A stretch of 63,993 bases of DNA, the filler included, from Asterionella formosa (taxonomy: Eukaryota): assembly GCA_002256025.1 (NCBI GenBank). It is 6 parts of 6 records of this genome, joined end to end, with 100 filler letters (N's around TTAATTAATTAA, not from the genome) between each part and the next. Parts side by side here need not be neighbours in the genome. Positions count along the whole stretch, not along the records: positions 53,871 to 63,993 come from NKIB01009846.1; 5 more parts are not named here. One strand, given 5' to 3'. Under the pieces are notes generated by a model. That model was not told where the DNA came from. It made no database searches and worked only from the letters and a program-made list of their open reading frames with translations. Position 1 is the first letter of the stretch. Every line of letters starts with the position of its first letter. This document shows positions 62,301 through 63,993 of this stretch, in pieces. Made by a program: the position numbers and the translations under genes.

Positions 62301-63993
62301 TTGAGAGAGAACATGTATAACATTGCACCATTTTCTCATCAATACAGCTGGGATGTCCCCAATCCTAGATCCCCTGGACCTTGTGATATTGACAATGATC
62401 AGGTTATCACATCTTCCCCAGTTTATCACACAGGCATGGTCGCTTTCGTTGCTCATATTCGTGATTCACACAAGGTTGTTGATGACTTAGCTCTGATAAA
62501 CTCTGATCCCACTGAAGTTCTTACACATATCTCTATGGAATTATTGCTCAATGGAACAAGCGTTATGGGTCTCCCTTTGAATGTCTCTATACCAGACACA
62601 TTCTCCTGTCCAATCTGTCTCAAAGAAAAACTACCCTCCTTATCCAGAGGTCCTACTGTTGAATCTCCTTTCAAGGTTCTTGGAAGTCTTATCCATATGG
62701 ATTTTGGATTCTATGGTAAACAATCCTGCCGTGGATTCAAATGCTTTTTAGTAGTCACAGAGGCAATCTCTAATCATCGTTGGACATTCTGTCGTCGATC
62801 ACGCACTACACCAGTAAAACTCATCCTTTGGATCATCCACCACTTGCAGATCCGTACTGGCAACCGTGTGTGCCGTATCCGTATGGATGGGGAATTATTT
62901 GCTAACCACACGCTCAAGACCGAGTTGTCTCTGCTGCACATCTCGGTGGAGCCCACTGGCGCGTACTCATCCTCGCAAAACGGAAAAGCTGAGGTCTCCA
63001 TTAAACTTATTGGACTCACGGCTCAATGTCTCTTATATGGACCCGCTTCTCGAGAATGGGGAGAACATGTTGATAAAGTGCTCTGTGGAAAACTGGGCCT
63101 AATCAAAAATCGCGCAGATCAATGCATCTACGAAGGTACAATTAATCAATGTCATGTCATCTTAGCCAGAGCCACTGATGATATTTTGGTCGGAACTTCG
63201 TCACTGGATACATACAACCATATTGTTACTACTCTTGAATCTCACTGGAAGATACACAATATGGGGGTTATTTTGGTCGGAACTTCGTCACTGGATACAT
63301 ACAACCATATTGTTACTACTCTTGAATCTCCTATATTGTTACTACTCTTGAATCTCACTGGAAGATACACAATATGGGGCAAGTCTCTCATTTTTTTGGT
63401 CTCAGATTCCTGTTTAGTTCCAATTGTATGACAATTGACCAAACTCATATGGTTCATGACGTTCTTCAATATGTTTATGGTTCGTCCTGGGATAAACAAA
63501 TTATCTCGAGAACCAACATGATTCCTATGCTCAGTGGCGTACAACATGAAGAAGCACTCGCTAGTTGTACTATACCATATTCTCCAAGTGAACTTCATAA
63601 AGCGATTCAACTTTATGGCTTTGAATATAGGACGTTGTTGGGGCAATTTCAACACCTATGCCAATGGACTAGGCTTGATATACAAACAGCAGTACAAAGG
63701 CTGGCTCAATATCAAAATGCTCCTGGATCATTACATTTTGATGCGTTACTACAAATTGCGAAATACCTCCGTCAATATCCGGATATTCCACTTGCATTCA
63801 ACAGAAAAGTATCTAGGGGTTCCACGGTTTCGGTTTCACATATCAGTCAAGCTGCTCCGTGGCTGGGTGAACCTACTGTCATCAGCGTTGAAGCTCACCA
63901 ATTTGACAAAGATCAAACTTTCTGGCATATGCCCCGTATTATGACTAGTCTGATCTCCACTTCATCAGTATCTACCTCATTATCATCCACGCT
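59360..63993 (+). mobile_element. Ty1/Copia (CoDi-like) retrotransposon, internally deleted: 5' LTR 59360-59592, PBS 59593-59605, gag-like ORF 60777-62291, integrase-RT relic from 62301
   Basis: LTR TGTTGTGAAT...TTTCACTGCA; PBS GGTTATGAGCCCA (internal tRNAiMet type); CPIC, IHMDFGF, RIRMDGE, QNGKAE (integrase); RATDDILV (RT). Confidence 0.88.

Overview
Eukaryotic nuclear DNA, most likely from a diatom: bipartite plastid-targeting signals (ASSFAP, ISAFVV), short GT-AG introns and diatom-type Copia (CoDi-like) retroelements. The window is not continuous. Five identical 100-nt spacers (N44-TTAATTAATTAA-N44) join six ~10.6-10.7 kb scaffolds, so adjacency across spacers is unproven. Gene-dense parts encode a DOMON-DOMON-cytochrome b561 protein, Twinkle primase-helicase, CtpA, PUS1, NHP2, DUF1415- and DUF3783-like proteins, a twin-CX9C protein, KAE1/OSGEP, SNW1/SKIP, a PAP2 phosphatase and an ARM-repeat kinase. 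The rest is decayed mobile DNA: Copia LTR elements, a Plavaka/CACTA-type transposase relic, Kolobok-like TTAA elements (one with a KolX/P2X7-ballast-like pseudogene), hAT-like and pogo/mariner-like non-autonomous elements, and tRNA-headed dispersed repeats. The most unusual signal is dense, nested TA-(short insert)-TA motifs (TACCTGGTA, TACCAGGTA, TACCGGTA, TACTGGTA, TAGCTA) piled up just upstream of most genes. Paralog comparisons within the window show these arise by insertion at a TA dinucleotide, as expected for accumulated Tc1/mariner excision footprints. All family assignments come from motif recognition by eye; no database search was run.
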